56,020 nt of DNA from an uncultured Rikenellaceae bacterium (lineage in GTDB: Bacteria; Bacteroidota; Bacteroidia; Bacteroidales; Rikenellaceae): contig CAYJLU010000001.1 in assembly GCA_964371395.1 (NCBI GenBank), positions 1 through 56,020 on the forward strand, in the 5' to 3' direction. The notes under the pieces were generated by a model. That model was not told the origin of the DNA, made no database searches, and saw only the letters and a list, made by a program, of their open reading frames with translations. Below are positions 9,591 through 20,013 of the stretch, in pieces. Position numbers and translations under genes: made by a program. Every line of letters begins with the position of its first letter. Within the stretch, counting starts at the first letter, position 1.

Positions 9591-12380
9591 CTATTTTCTA
9601 GAGAAAAGCCTTGCTATTTCACCAAACCACAGTACAATAGATGTACCACCAATCGCAATAGCCCAATTAGTTATGGTCATAGGCTCTACTCTAAATACCT
9701 CGCCACCAAATGTAACGATTAACCACTGACCTATAAGTATAAGCCCCATAACAATTACAAAACCTGATGCTTTACTTAAACCCGAAATAGCTAATCGGCC
9801 AGATTTATACGCTTTAGCATTCATTAGGTTCCAGAATTGGAGCATAACAAATATGGTAAAGAATAGTGTTTGACTCTGACGACTGATGACCCCACCATCC
9901 AGATGTTCGAATAGGAATAGTAGTCCAATCATCCCTAGTACAAAGGCGATACCTACCGCCACAATCTGTCGACCCATTACCCTTGTGATAATAAAATCCG
10001 AACTCTTGCGAGGTTTCTTGCGCATTACCCTCTGGTCGGCAGGTAGTGAGGCAAGTGCACCAGCAGCAAAGGTATCCATAATTAGGTTTACCCATAGCAT
10101 TTGAGTTACAGTAAGTGGAAGATCGAAACCTAGCAGTGCTCCAAGTAGTACGATAAGTAGTGCTGCAACGTTAATTGTAAGTTGGAATAGTACAAATCTT
10201 TGAATATTTAGATATACCGAACGCCCCCACATTACAGCTCTGACGATACTCGCAAAGCTATCGTCGAGAAGTGTTATATCACTTGCCTCCTTAGCAACAG
10301 AGGTCCCCGAACCCATAGATAGTCCAACATTAGCAAAATTAAGTGCGGGGGCATCATTTGTTCCATCGCCAGTTACTGCCACTACCTCGCCTCGTTTCTG
10401 AAGTAGTTGAACTAGTCGCTGTTTATCTTGAGGTCTAGCCCTTGCCATAATCTTCAACTGTGCAGCCCTTTGGTATGCCTCTTCGTCCGATAGAGCCTCC
10501 CACTCTGGACCTGTTATTGCTGAAAGTTCAGAATCAGTCGCATCGTCCCATAGTCCAATCTGTCTTGCTATCTCACGAGCAGTTGCAGGGGTATCGCCAG
10601 TTACCATCTTAATGCGAATTCCAGCACTAGTACAGCTTGCCACTGCCGCTGGTACATCCTCACGTACTGGATCGGCAATAGCCACAACAGCTTGTAGGGT
10701 AAGTCCATCTAGTTCATTTTCTAGATCTTCACCATTGCCACTATACTCCTTAAAGGCGAAGGCTAGGGTACGCATAGCTCTATTTTGGAAATCCAACAAC
10801 TTCTTTCGAGGTGTTGCAAGATCATTAGAGATGCAACGCTCTAGTACATATTCAGGCGCACCCTTAACAACAAGCAGACGCTTACCCCCGATATTTGCAA
10901 CAGTAGCCATCATCTTTACCTTAGAGCTAAACGGCATCTGAGACTCAATTCCAGTGCGTAGCTCAGAGTAATCCACACCACTATCCTTTAGCCATAGTAG
11001 TAGTGCCCCCTCAGTTGGATTTCCTATTGGTTTTCCGTTAACATCAAGGTTTGCAGTGGAGTTTACCGAAATTGAGCTGTTGAGTAGTTCGATGTCGTCC
11101 ACCACGCTATAAAGATCAGCTACACGCATCTCATTTTTGGTCAGTGTGCCTGTTTTATCAGTACATATAACAGTCGTCGCACCGATGGTCTCGGATGCGT
11201 GCATTTTGCGTACTAGATTATTAGCTTTTAGCATCTTACGCATTGACAGTGCAAGCGATAGTGTTACACTCATAGGTAGACCCTCTGGTACCGATACAAC
11301 GATAAGGGTAACGCATATCATAAAGTAGTTAAGCACTGATCCTGCCATCTCAAGCGAGATCCAACTGCTAGCCTCAAATGCTTTCACTCCGAATGGAAGT
11401 CCAATCATAGCAATACCCGAAAATGCTAGTATGCCAAGGATAATCCAATACACCACGCCCAATTTTTTTGCGTGTGGAGGTGTCTCTTTTTTCTTGCCTG
11501 CGAGTTCAAAGGCATCGTGCACCATAGGTAGCCATACTGGACCTAGCATAAAGAATAGTCCAAAGAGTGCAGCTCCTAGCAGTCCTTTTTGCCCTAGCGA
11601 AGCAGAGCTAAGGTCCCCCCAGAATAGGCTTTGAACCGTAAGCATTGTAAAGGTGCATAGAGCAATAATGAAGCCTACTACTCCTATTAATTTTGCTAGT
11701 CTTTCTAATTGTTTGGTCAGTGGGGTAGACTCATTAACCTTTTGCGAGGCGAGTGAGGCTACTTGCCCAAATTCGGTTGAATCACCAACTCTAATAATTT
11801 CGGCTACACAATTACCCTCAAGGATCGTTGTGCCACGCAGGATGTGGTTACTAGGATATGTCGCCTCGCTATCGAAATCCGCCTCAATAGTGGTCTTTTC
11901 TATTTGTAGCTCACCGGTCAATGTTGACTCATTTACCGATAACTCAGTTGTCTCAAGCAGTAGTGCGTCGGCTGGAATCTCCTCGCCAGTATCTAATACT
12001 ATTATATCACCGACAACAAGCTCTTGCTTCTCGATTTGGTTGAGTGCACCATCTCTATAAACTTTATAGAGCGTTTGTTCGTTAATTTGGTTTAGTAGAT
12101 CGAACTTCTTAGCCGCATCTCTCTCGAAGAAGAACGCTATGGAGGTAGACAGTAGAATTGCCACGAATATACCGATAGTCTCGAAGTACTCACCGTGTGC
12201 AATCGAGATTAGTAGTGATAGGCAAGCTGCAACGATTAGTATGCGAATTACAGGGTCATTGAATTTCTCTAAAAACAGCTTCCACATTGGTTCACGTCGA
12301 GGTGGGGTAAGTCTGTTTGTACCGTGTTTCGCTTTACTTTCTGCAACTTCCTGTGCGCTGAGTCCTCGTTTTGTAGACAT
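9591..12380 (-). CDS. Ca2+-translocating P-type ATPase (PMCA-like)
   Basis: LTGE, VPEGL, DKTGTLT, KGAPE, TGD and GDGTNDAPAL motifs; QMLWVNLIMDT. Confidence 0.93.
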   Translation of the reverse strand: MSTKRGLSAQEVAESKAKHGTNRLTPPRREPMWKLFLEKFNDPVIRILIVAACLSLLISIAHGEYFETIGIFVAILLSTSIAFFFERDAAKKFDLLNQINEQTLYKVYRDGALNQIEKQELVVGDIIVLDTGEEIPADALLLETTELSVNESTLTGELQIEKTTIEADFDSEATYPSNHILRGTTILEGNCVAEIIRVGDSTEFGQVASLASQKVNESTPLTKQLERLAKLIGVVGFIIALCTFTMLTVQSLFWGDLSSASLGQKGLLGAALFGLFFMLGPVWLPMVHDAFELAGKKKETPPHAKKLGVVYWIILGILAFSGIAMIGLPFGVKAFEASSWISLEMAGSVLNYFMICVTLIVVSVPEGLPMSVTLSLALSMRKMLKANNLVRKMHASETIGATTVICTDKTGTLTKNEMRVADLYSVVDDIELLNSSISVNSTANLDVNGKPIGNPTEGALLLWLKDSGVDYSELRTGIESQMPFSSKVKMMATVANIGGKRLLVVKGAPEYVLERCISNDLATPRKKLLDFQNRAMRTLAFAFKEYSGNGEDLENELDGLTLQAVVAIADPVREDVPAAVASCTSAGIRIKMVTGDTPATAREIARQIGLWDDATDSELSAITGPEWEALSDEEAYQRAAQLKIMARARPQDKQRLVQLLQKRGEVVAVTGDGTNDAPALNFANVGLSMGSGTSVAKEASDITLLDDSFASIVRAVMWGRSVYLNIQRFVLFQLTINVAALLIVLLGALLGFDLPLTVTQMLWVNLIMDTFAAGALASLPADQRVMRKKPRKSSDFIITRVMGRQIVAVGIAFVLGMIGLLFLFEHLDGGVISRQSQTLFFTIFVMLQFWNLMNAKAYKSGRLAISGLSKASGFVIVMGLILIGQWLIVTFGGEVFRVEPMTITNWAIAIGGTSIVLWFGEIARLFSRK

Positions 12381-12398
12381 ATTTTAATCTAGAATAGT

Positions 12399-12426
12399 TA
12401 TATTTGTGTATTAAATGGCAAAAGTA
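12399..12426. promoter_or_regulatory. Divergent pair of Bacteroidetes -7 elements
   Basis: TATATTTG on + (12399-12406) and TACTTTTG on - (12419-12426), between divergent genes. Confidence 0.55.
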
Positions 12427-12454
12427 GTTAATTTTACCGAATTACTAAGCAAAA

Positions 12455-12901
12455 ATGAGGCTAAAAATTATGGATAGACGGATATTAAAGTTTTTACATA
12501 GGCAGTTTATTATGTCACTATCGACCATTTCTGATTCTGGGAGTTGGAGCGCAAATCTTTTTTATGCCTATTCTAGCGAGTATAAAGCATTGATATTTAC
12601 CTCATCTGCTGATAGTCGCCACATTGTCGAGGCACTAAAAAATCCAGAGGTGAGCATAGCGATATATCGTACCTCAATGCGTATAGCATCCCTGCGTGGA
12701 GCTCAGATATTAGGCGAACTTCAGGATATTGGCAACAATGCGGAATTAATCGACCATTGCCAGAGACTATTTAGGCGTAGATTCCCATTAGTACTAGGCA
12801 AATTAAGTGATATGTGGATGGTAAAGCTCAAAGAAGTTAAATATACTGATAATCGCCTCGGATTTGGTTCTAAAATCTACTGGAAAGGGCAAAGTTACTA
12901 A
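12455..12901 (+). CDS. Pyridoxamine 5'-phosphate oxidase family (YhbP/UPF0306-like) protein
   Basis: WSANLFY, SRH, NPEVS and KYTDNRLGFGSKIYW motifs; start could be ATG 12470. Confidence 0.8.
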   Translation: MRLKIMDRRILKFLHRQFIMSLSTISDSGSWSANLFYAYSSEYKALIFTSSADSRHIVEALKNPEVSIAIYRTSMRIASLRGAQILGELQDIGNNAELIDHCQRLFRRRFPLVLGKLSDMWMVKLKEVKYTDNRLGFGSKIYWKGQSY

Positions 12902-12985
12902 AAAGTTACCTTCAATTTATCTATTAATATTGAATTTTGCTTAAATTTGTGGCTGATTATTAATACACAACAATAATACTATTTT

Positions 12986-13564
12986 ATGAAATACCTAATT
13001 GTAGGCCTAGGAAATCCGGGCAGAGAGTATGAAGAGACTAGACATAATATAGGCTTTAAGGTTTTAGATGGCATTGTTGCAGAGCAGAATGACGTGGTAT
13101 TCAAGACAGAGCGGCTAGGCGATGTGGCAACTATAAGGGTGAAGAACAAACTATTGACACTCTTAAAGCCATCTACTTATATGAATCTAAGTGGTCGAGC
13201 AGTTGACTATTGGATGAAGAAAGAGGGAATTACACTTGATAATGTATTGATAGTAGTAGATGATATTGCCATCGACTTAGGGGTTCTTAGGATGAAGACT
13301 AAGGGTTCAGACGGTGGGCATAATGGGCTAAAGGATATAAATGCGGTACTTGGTACACAGAGCTATGCACGGCTGAGGGTAGGAGTCGGTGGAGATTTTC
13401 CTAAGGGAGCGCAAATTGACTATGTTCTAGGCGAATTTTCAACCCAAGAGAAAGAGCTAATGCCAGAGGTGATTGCCGACTCAATCAGTGCAATAAAGAA
13501 CTTTGTGCTTATGGGTGCTGCAAGGGCTATGAATATTGCTAATACTAAAAAAGTTAAGGAGTAA
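12986..13564 (+). CDS. pth: Peptidyl-tRNA hydrolase
   Basis: LIVGLGNPG, TRHNIGF, KPSTYMNLSG and GGHNGLK motifs; -7 element TAAATTTG at 12942-12949. Confidence 0.98.
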   Translation: MKYLIVGLGNPGREYEETRHNIGFKVLDGIVAEQNDVVFKTERLGDVATIRVKNKLLTLLKPSTYMNLSGRAVDYWMKKEGITLDNVLIVVDDIAIDLGVLRMKTKGSDGGHNGLKDINAVLGTQSYARLRVGVGGDFPKGAQIDYVLGEFSTQEKELMPEVIADSISAIKNFVLMGAARAMNIANTKKVKE

Positions 13565-13938
13565 TGGGAGTAAGAGCGGATAAATTTATATGGGCAGTGC
13601 GACTCGCAAAGACACGAGCTGATGCCTCAGATGCCTTGAAGGGCGGTAGAATCGTTGTAAATGGTGTCAATGCAAAGCCGAGTCGTGATATAGTAAAGGG
13701 TGATACTATTGGAGTGAAACGTATGCCTGCAATATTTTCATACAGAGTAGTGGAGCTTACAGAGCGTAGGGTTGGGGCAAAGTTAGTGTCAGATTTTCTG
13801 TTGGATGTAACCCCTCAGAGCGAGCTTGATAAACTAGAGATGGCGAAGTTCGCAGCCGCAGGACAGAGAGATAGGGGGGCTGGTCGCCCAACTAAGCGTG
13901 AACGACGAGAGATAGAGGAGTTCTTTGAGATGGACTAA
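13564..13938 (+). CDS. S4-domain RNA-binding protein (Hsp15/HslR-like)
   Basis: RADKFIWAVRLAKTR and GRPTKRERR motifs; start overlaps the pth stop (TAATG). Confidence 0.9.
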   Translation: MGVRADKFIWAVRLAKTRADASDALKGGRIVVNGVNAKPSRDIVKGDTIGVKRMPAIFSYRVVELTERRVGAKLVSDFLLDVTPQSELDKLEMAKFAAAGQRDRGAGRPTKRERREIEEFFEMD

Positions 13939-14100
13939 TCTCGTTTGTGCACTATGATTTTTTTTTACAAATTAGTGAATTTGGAGATTTATGGTGAATT
14001 TATTGTCTAAAGGGAGAGGGACTAATAAATTTTTGTGCTCTTTAGTTCTTCTTTAGAGTAAAAATCTTGCTTATTTAAAGTGTTATTTCATTTTATTTTG

Positions 14101-14156
14101 TAAATTTGTGCGATTTTTAAATATTTTGTTCATATGTGGCAATGTAATATTGCCAC
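14101..14156 (+). promoter_or_regulatory. -7 promoter element followed by an inverted repeat in the 5' leader
   Basis: TAAATTTG at 14101-14108; GTGGCAAT-N5-ATTGCCAC at 14136-14156. Confidence 0.5.
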
Positions 14157-14204
14157 CATAAAACATAAATAGAGGCAGTAATAGGTAAACAATATTTTTA
14201 GTAA

Positions 14205-15320
14205 ATGTCAGAGATGAAAATTAAAAAATCAGGGGCGACCCTAAGTAAAATTGTTCAAATTGGTGAGAAGTTAAAGGTGTTAACAGCTCAAACTGGTAAG
14301 GAGTATATTCCTCTGAATCGTGGAGTTAATTCCGTGGTCAATATTGATCTTGAGGAGGTGGTAAAGACAATTGACTTTAATTCAACTGATATTCAGGTCT
14401 ATCCACCAGCAACAGGATTTGCACCTCTACGTGAGGCTATCAATCAGGAGTACTTTCAAGGTAAGAGTGATAAAGATAATATCCTTATAACCGCTGGAGG
14501 TATGAATGCGCTTGACCTTATTATTCAGACTGTTGATATCGAAAAATTATTCCTTCCGATATACTACTGGGGCTGTTACTTCCAGATGTTGCAAGTTCGT
14601 GGTATAGGTAATGCAGAGTATTCGGCACAGAGCGAACTATATGATAGAATTGAGGAACTAAAGGGTAATGCGGTATTAATATGTGATCCGGGCAATCCTC
14701 TAGGGGAGAAGTATGACGATGAGGAGCAGTACAAGTTGATTAAGACTCTTAGTGATGCAGGTGTAGTAGTATTCTTTGATTCGCCTTACCGCCGTATCTT
14801 CTTCGATGAAAATGATAACTACTATACTCGCCTTAGTGAACTTGAAAATGTAGTAATTACCGAGAGTTTTAGTAAATCAGTTGGACTTAGTGGTCAACGT
14901 CTAGGTTTTATTCACTCTACCAATAAGGAGTTGAATCTTGAGCTTGCAATTCGTTTAATGTACTGTACTAATGGTATTAATGCCTTTGCGCAACAATTAG
15001 TTCTGCGCCTACTAACCTCTAGTGAGGGTAAGAAAGCAGCGCAAGAGTTTAAGGATACCACAGCTCAACATATTGCTCTAAATATCGAGTACCTCGCCGA
15101 GCGTGGATTACTTGCCCAAGAGTATTACAGTGGTCCAACTCCAAGGGGTATCTTTGTGGTTGTTAATAAAACCGAGGAAGAGCTACTAGAACACTATATC
15201 GGTAGTGTATCCCTAGCATTCTTCACTAAGAGCCAGAAGGAGGTTGCGAGCCGTTATGCAAGAATCTGTGTATCGGTTCCCCACGATAAGTTCAAGGCTT
15301 ACTTTGATGCAGTAAAGTAA
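14205..15320 (+). CDS. PLP-dependent aminotransferase, class I/II fold; substrate unknown
   Basis: DPGNPLG, FDSPY, SFSKSVGLSGQRLG (PLP lysine) and C-terminal ARI motifs. Confidence 0.85.
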   Translation: MSEMKIKKSGATLSKIVQIGEKLKVLTAQTGKEYIPLNRGVNSVVNIDLEEVVKTIDFNSTDIQVYPPATGFAPLREAINQEYFQGKSDKDNILITAGGMNALDLIIQTVDIEKLFLPIYYWGCYFQMLQVRGIGNAEYSAQSELYDRIEELKGNAVLICDPGNPLGEKYDDEEQYKLIKTLSDAGVVVFFDSPYRRIFFDENDNYYTRLSELENVVITESFSKSVGLSGQRLGFIHSTNKELNLELAIRLMYCTNGINAFAQQLVLRLLTSSEGKKAAQEFKDTTAQHIALNIEYLAERGLLAQEYYSGPTPRGIFVVVNKTEEELLEHYIGSVSLAFFTKSQKEVASRYARICVSVPHDKFKAYFDAVK

Positions 15321-15335
15321 GGGGTTAATTTAATA

Positions 15336-15384
15336 GAAAACAAAAGAGAGCGTAAAATAATTTGTTACGCTCTCTTTTGTTTTC
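15336..15384. terminator. Bidirectional intrinsic terminator
   Basis: Perfect 20-bp inverted repeat GAAAACAAAAGAGAGCGTAA / TTACGCTCTCTTTTGTTTTC between convergent genes. Confidence 0.9.
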
Positions 15385-15404
15385 AGGTGGTAAGTGTGGT
15401 GTAC

Positions 15405-16319
15405 CTACCCTTTAATTATGGTCTCGGAGGTAATTTCCATATCACTATTCTCAATTGACAGTGAGACGCTACTGGTGTGGCTATCAAACTGAATGTTAAT
15501 AGGATGTATTTTGTTTCGGATAATCTCAAGGCTCTGATCTTCTGCAAGTGCAGTGGTCATTCCTTTGCTATTGGTGTGAAATGCACTGTAAAGAACATAC
15601 TCAGAGTAACCCTCCTCGCTCCAGTCCTGACTAAATGGTTCAGTTCCTCGAAGTGAGAGCGGTATGTCGATCTGATCCATATCCGTGGTTAGGAAAATGG
15701 ATTGCGACCCATCTATATCCAGTGTGATAGTGCCATCTGTAAAGTTTTGTGTAGATATTCGTAGTATAGCATAGACTCTCTTTAGTTCGATATTGAGATT
15801 AAGATTTTCGCTGGGGCTGAATATATCGGTATATCCAGCGTAACGAAAGAGTTGTGGCTGTTCAAATGTTTTTGTTGAGCCGTTATAGTTAATATCTGCC
15901 GTTCCGCTACTGATGTATGCAAGTTCGGAGTTTGATGTTTGAAAGCTATTGGTTACCTCCGTTGGTTTGGTTAGACCCGTGATAAAAGGTTTATAGTAGC
16001 TCTCAGGTGATTTTTGTGCTATAATATCCTTGCCGTTGGTAATCGATGTTGTAGAGATTGAGTACGTGGCATTATCGTTCAGCACGATTGGTGGGAGTGT
16101 GTAGCTATCGAATAGTCCATATTGATATGGACTCTTTACACCTTTGGAGTCGTACGTGTATATCTGTACGGCGATAAGATCATTTGTGCTCTGTGATGTA
16201 CTGGAAAATGCAAGGTTAATAGTATGCTCAGTGCCATTAGTAGGTGTTTCAATAGTAGCTGGTACTTGACAGCTAATGGTAGTAGTTGTGAGTATTATAG
16301 CGATTATTAAATGTTTCAT
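15405..16319 (-). CDS. Hypothetical lipoprotein, Ser/Thr-rich, probably beta-rich
   Basis: Signal peptide MKHLIIAIILTTTTISC ending in a lipobox-like Cys; -7 element TATATTTG on - at 16353-16360. Confidence 0.7.
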   Translation of the reverse strand: MKHLIIAIILTTTTISCQVPATIETPTNGTEHTINLAFSSTSQSTNDLIAVQIYTYDSKGVKSPYQYGLFDSYTLPPIVLNDNATYSISTTSITNGKDIIAQKSPESYYKPFITGLTKPTEVTNSFQTSNSELAYISSGTADINYNGSTKTFEQPQLFRYAGYTDIFSPSENLNLNIELKRVYAILRISTQNFTDGTITLDIDGSQSIFLTTDMDQIDIPLSLRGTEPFSQDWSEEGYSEYVLYSAFHTNSKGMTTALAEDQSLEIIRNKIHPINIQFDSHTSSVSLSIENSDMEITSETIIKG

Positions 16320-16605
16320 TGTTAGTAGGAGGTTAAGGTGTGATTATCCTCTCAAATATACCAATGAATAACCTGATTTCAAAGCAATTGATGTGTTAAT
16401 TTACGATTATACTTTTATCTTGTATAGTGATGAGTATACCGCAATTCAGTGTAGAATTGTAGTGTAATCTAATACCATAGAGTTTAAAAAAAATACAGAA
16501 TGTATTTATTATTTTCTTTTAGGTATTAAATATTGTAAAATTAACAATTTAATATTAATATATAGAATCATACCCCATCTTTGTATAGCAATTAGAGCTA
16601 AGGGT

Positions 16606-18036
16606 TTATTGAGTAAAAATTTCTTGATCCCAATTAACAAAATAGACCCTCTCTGTGGAGCGAGTTATAGCAGTGTATAACCACCTCTGAAAGTCACGAG
16701 TTAGTGGCTCTGATCCAAATAACATCCTGTCAATAAGAACTCTATTCCACTGACCACCCTGCGCCTTGTGGCAGGTTATGGCATAAGCGAACTTAATTTG
16801 TAGTGCTCCCCAGTACTCATTATTTAGGATCGCACGATACCTTTTACGCTTCTCGCCAATGTCATAGTAGTCCTTCTCGATTTCAAAGAATAATCTTTCA
16901 CTTTGTTCACGAGTAAGTGATGGAGCATCGCTATATAGTGTATCAAGCATAACCTTACACTCAAGTTGATAGTTGTCATAGTCAGGAAGTCGAAGTTCTA
17001 CGGTGGCGTATCTGAAGCCGTATATTTCGTGGTGTCTAATAACACGTTCTACTATGGCAATGTCACCGTTGGCAATAAAATCGAGTTTAGGGTTATTCTC
17101 CCTCTGGGCAATAGCATAGTTATTCTTTACTACCATAATCATATCGCCAGCAGCTAGCTCCTCCTCAATGTCCAGCACAGCACTTCTTATACCTCTGTTG
17201 TACTCAACGGCTCGTTTGTTGGATCTCGTAATTACAATGGTCTGCTCTCTGGTGACCTCTCGATAGCAATCCTCAATAGTCTCTATAAGTTCACTCCCAA
17301 CAATACTTCGTACGTCACTAGCTTCTATAATTTTGGGTAACTCCACAACACCTTGTTCGAGTAGTGTGCGTATATTAGTGGCATTGCGTAGAATGGCTGA
17401 ATTAAGCCCCTGTCCCTTACGTACAACCTCCTTTAGAGAGCCATAATGTATAGTTCCATATAGTCCCATTTGGTACGGGTCGAGTGCAGGAGAGGTGTCA
17501 AGTCCAACTGGTGGGAGCTGTGCATCATCACCTATAAGAATAAGTCTATTAAAATCCCCTTGGTGTATATACTCTAGGAGGTCGTCTATAAGCCTACCCG
17601 AACCGAAAGATGACTCCTTAGTCGAGGAGCTACTATTCGATAGCATTGAAGCCTCGTCCACTATATACACGGCGTGGTTATCCTTATTGTGGTTTAGTGA
17701 GAATAGCCCACCTCCAGCCGCTAGTGACTTTTGGCGGTATATCTTTTTGTGTATCGTAGATGCGCTATATCCGCTGTATATCGATGCAACCTTAGCAGCC
17801 CTTCCCGTTGGAGCCATAATATGGAACTTAATCTGTAAGGAGTTTAAAGTTCTGACCAGTGCCGATATAATAGTTGTTTTACCAGTACCTGCATAACCGT
17901 TTAGTATAAAAATATCAGTCTGGTCACCCTCGAAAATGTATCGAGAAAGTGAATTTATTATATTTTTTTGTTGTTCTGTTGGTGGAAATTCAAAATTATT
18001 GTATATTTGGGTCGCAATATGGGGTGAGAACATCAT
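16606..18036 (-). CDS. RecD-like SF1B DNA helicase (Bacteroidetes exonuclease V alpha-like family)
   Basis: GYAGTGKT, APTGRAA, DEASM, GDDAQLPPV, YAITCHKAQG and LYTAITR motifs. The start was moved to ATG 18036 because a -7 element TATCTTTG lies on - at 18060-18067. Confidence 0.9.
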   Translation of the reverse strand: MMFSPHIATQIYNNFEFPPTEQQKNIINSLSRYIFEGDQTDIFILNGYAGTGKTTIISALVRTLNSLQIKFHIMAPTGRAAKVASIYSGYSASTIHKKIYRQKSLAAGGGLFSLNHNKDNHAVYIVDEASMLSNSSSSTKESSFGSGRLIDDLLEYIHQGDFNRLILIGDDAQLPPVGLDTSPALDPYQMGLYGTIHYGSLKEVVRKGQGLNSAILRNATNIRTLLEQGVVELPKIIEASDVRSIVGSELIETIEDCYREVTREQTIVITRSNKRAVEYNRGIRSAVLDIEEELAAGDMIMVVKNNYAIAQRENNPKLDFIANGDIAIVERVIRHHEIYGFRYATVELRLPDYDNYQLECKVMLDTLYSDAPSLTREQSERLFFEIEKDYYDIGEKRKRYRAILNNEYWGALQIKFAYAITCHKAQGGQWNRVLIDRMLFGSEPLTRDFQRWLYTAITRSTERVYFVNWDQEIFTQ

Positions 18037-18083
18037 TTTGTGCTTCAAGAAAATAAAGGCAAAGATAACAAAAACTAAACAAT

Positions 18084-18707
18084 ATGAAAGCAATTTTCCA
18101 AATTATTCTAGTCGTAGCAGTCGGATTTCTGAGCTACTGGCTCTATTCAATGATTACTACACCAGTTGAGTTTAATGAAGTACGTGAGGCTCGTGAAAAG
18201 GTTGTAGTAGAACGTCTTAAAGATATTCGTACAATTCAGCGTTCATTCCGTAACGAGTACGGTCACTTTGCTGGTTCGTTCGAAGACCTTATCCACTACT
18301 ACAACAATGACTCACTTGAGGTTCAATTCGCAATGGGATCTGCTGATGATTCAGCTGCTATGGGTAACCTAGTTCGTGTAACTACGTATGTTAAACTTAA
18401 AGATACACTGTTTAACCACCGTGGCACTAACTTTAGTATTGATGAAATTCAATATATTCCATACTCTGAATTGGCTACTGGAAGCAAAGTTCGCTTTACA
18501 CTAGATACTACTACAATTGAAACTGATTCTGAGGTATTAGTTCCTGTATTTGAATCATATGCTCCGTATGTTCAATTCCTAGGTGACCTAGACGAGCAAG
18601 AACTTATCAACTATCGTGACATTAAGGTTAATACACTCAAGCGTGCCGATGGGCTTAGAGTTGGTAGTATTACCGAAACCAATAACGAAGCAGGTAACTG
18701 GGAGTAA
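18084..18707 (+). CDS. Conserved Bacteroidetes membrane-anchored hypothetical protein
   Basis: N-terminal TM segment, ERLKDIRTIQ and C-terminal GLRVGSI...NNEAGNWE; occupies the usual position before DUF3822-rsmD. Confidence 0.75.
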   Translation: MKAIFQIILVVAVGFLSYWLYSMITTPVEFNEVREAREKVVVERLKDIRTIQRSFRNEYGHFAGSFEDLIHYYNNDSLEVQFAMGSADDSAAMGNLVRVTTYVKLKDTLFNHRGTNFSIDEIQYIPYSELATGSKVRFTLDTTTIETDSEVLVPVFESYAPYVQFLGDLDEQELINYRDIKVNTLKRADGLRVGSITETNNEAGNWE

Positions 18708-18780
18708 TCTCTAGAGTCTCTGGGTTTTGGCAACTTGAGCTATAAATCATAGCTAAAATCTCAAAACAACTACACTTGAT

Positions 18781-19452
18781 ATGCCGATAGATAAAACTAT
18801 GAATATATATCAAAAAGAACTATCCATTCAGATTACACTGAGTGGATTTTCTTTTTCTCTAACCACCCCACAATGTACTACTAGTGGAGTGTATGAGTCG
18901 TATGAATTTGATACTGTATTAGAGCCATACTATGCGCTAGAGTCTGTGGTTGAGTGGAGTGTTCCTCAGGTGCTTATTGTACCATTTGAACTATTCGACC
19001 ATAGCTCCATTGATCACTACTTGAGTACAGCTGCTATGTTGAATCCTCAGAGTGAAAGATCGATGTTTGCAGTCAGGGATAGTTATGTGGCAGTGTGGGC
19101 GGTACGAGATGAACTCTATGATTATATAGATAGCCGCCTATTGAATGCTGGACATACACATTCCTTGCTCAGAGTAATTCAGAGTGCTATGGAATCAGAG
19201 GCAAAACAAAACTCTTTAATGGTCATAGATATTGACGATGCCTTGACTATGCATTTAGCTCTTAGGGTCTCTGAGGAGTTAGAGTATGCGCATTCAATAA
19301 AGATTGTAAGTGCTCAGGATGTTCTTTTTTATGCCAAGCGTATTGCCCAAGAGCGTGCAGTAGCCTCGCCCTCGATTGTTATGAGTGGTAGTGGAGTAGA
19401 GTCAGCCTATATACTACTATCGAGATACTTTACAGATATTACAATTAAATAA
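18781..19452 (+). CDS. DUF3822 family protein
   Basis: ELSIQITLSGFSF, LIVPFELF and DVLFY motifs; upstream of rsmD. Confidence 0.7.
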   Translation: MPIDKTMNIYQKELSIQITLSGFSFSLTTPQCTTSGVYESYEFDTVLEPYYALESVVEWSVPQVLIVPFELFDHSSIDHYLSTAAMLNPQSERSMFAVRDSYVAVWAVRDELYDYIDSRLLNAGHTHSLLRVIQSAMESEAKQNSLMVIDIDDALTMHLALRVSEELEYAHSIKIVSAQDVLFYAKRIAQERAVASPSIVMSGSGVESAYILLSRYFTDITIK

Positions 19453-19462
19453 TCAAGACAAA

Positions 19463-19999
19463 ATGCGTATTGTAGCAGGAACACACCGAGGTCGTATCAT
19501 CACACCTCCACCAACTCTAAAGGCTCGCCCAACTACGGACTTTGCTAAGGAGAACTTATTTAATTCCCTTAGTAATCTATATGATTGGCAGGATGTTTCA
19601 TTTCTTGATCTATTCTCGGGGACTGGTTCATTGAGTTATGAGGCGGCTAGTCGTGGAGCACATAGAGTACTATCGGTCGAAGGAAACTCTGCTCATCAAC
19701 GCTTTATTTCACAGACTGCCAAGTCGCTGAAACTCGATGTAATACAATCAGTTAGAAGTAATGTATTTACATTTCTAAAGAGTTCATTTACCGAAAAGTT
19801 CGATATAGTCTTTGCTGACCCGCCATACGATATGGACGAGCTTGAGACCATCCCTCAGTTAGTGCTTGATAAGGGGTTATTGAGTGAAGATGGGGTCTTG
19901 GTATTCGAGCATTCATCTTCATTTGACTTCAGCGATCACCCTAACTTTTCGCAGATGAAGAGATATGGCAGTGTCCATTTTTCACTATTCTTACCATAG
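19463..19999 (+). CDS. rsmD: 16S rRNA m2G966 methyltransferase
   Basis: MRIVAG, RPTTDFAKENLFN, LDLFSGTG and FADPPY motifs. Confidence 0.95.
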   Translation: MRIVAGTHRGRIITPPPTLKARPTTDFAKENLFNSLSNLYDWQDVSFLDLFSGTGSLSYEAASRGAHRVLSVEGNSAHQRFISQTAKSLKLDVIQSVRSNVFTFLKSSFTEKFDIVFADPPYDMDELETIPQLVLDKGLLSEDGVLVFEHSSSFDFSDHPNFSQMKRYGSVHFSLFLP

Positions 20000-20013
20000 T
20001 TCCATAGTGCGGA

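Noticed and set aside
14136..14156. Sigma-54 promoter in TGGCAATGTAATATTGCC
   Set aside because: GG-to-GC spacing is 12 nt rather than the required 10; kept only as an inverted repeat.
18037..18093. Longer start of the RecD-like helicase
   Set aside because: It overlaps the divergent gene's start and covers the -7 promoter element at 18060-18067.
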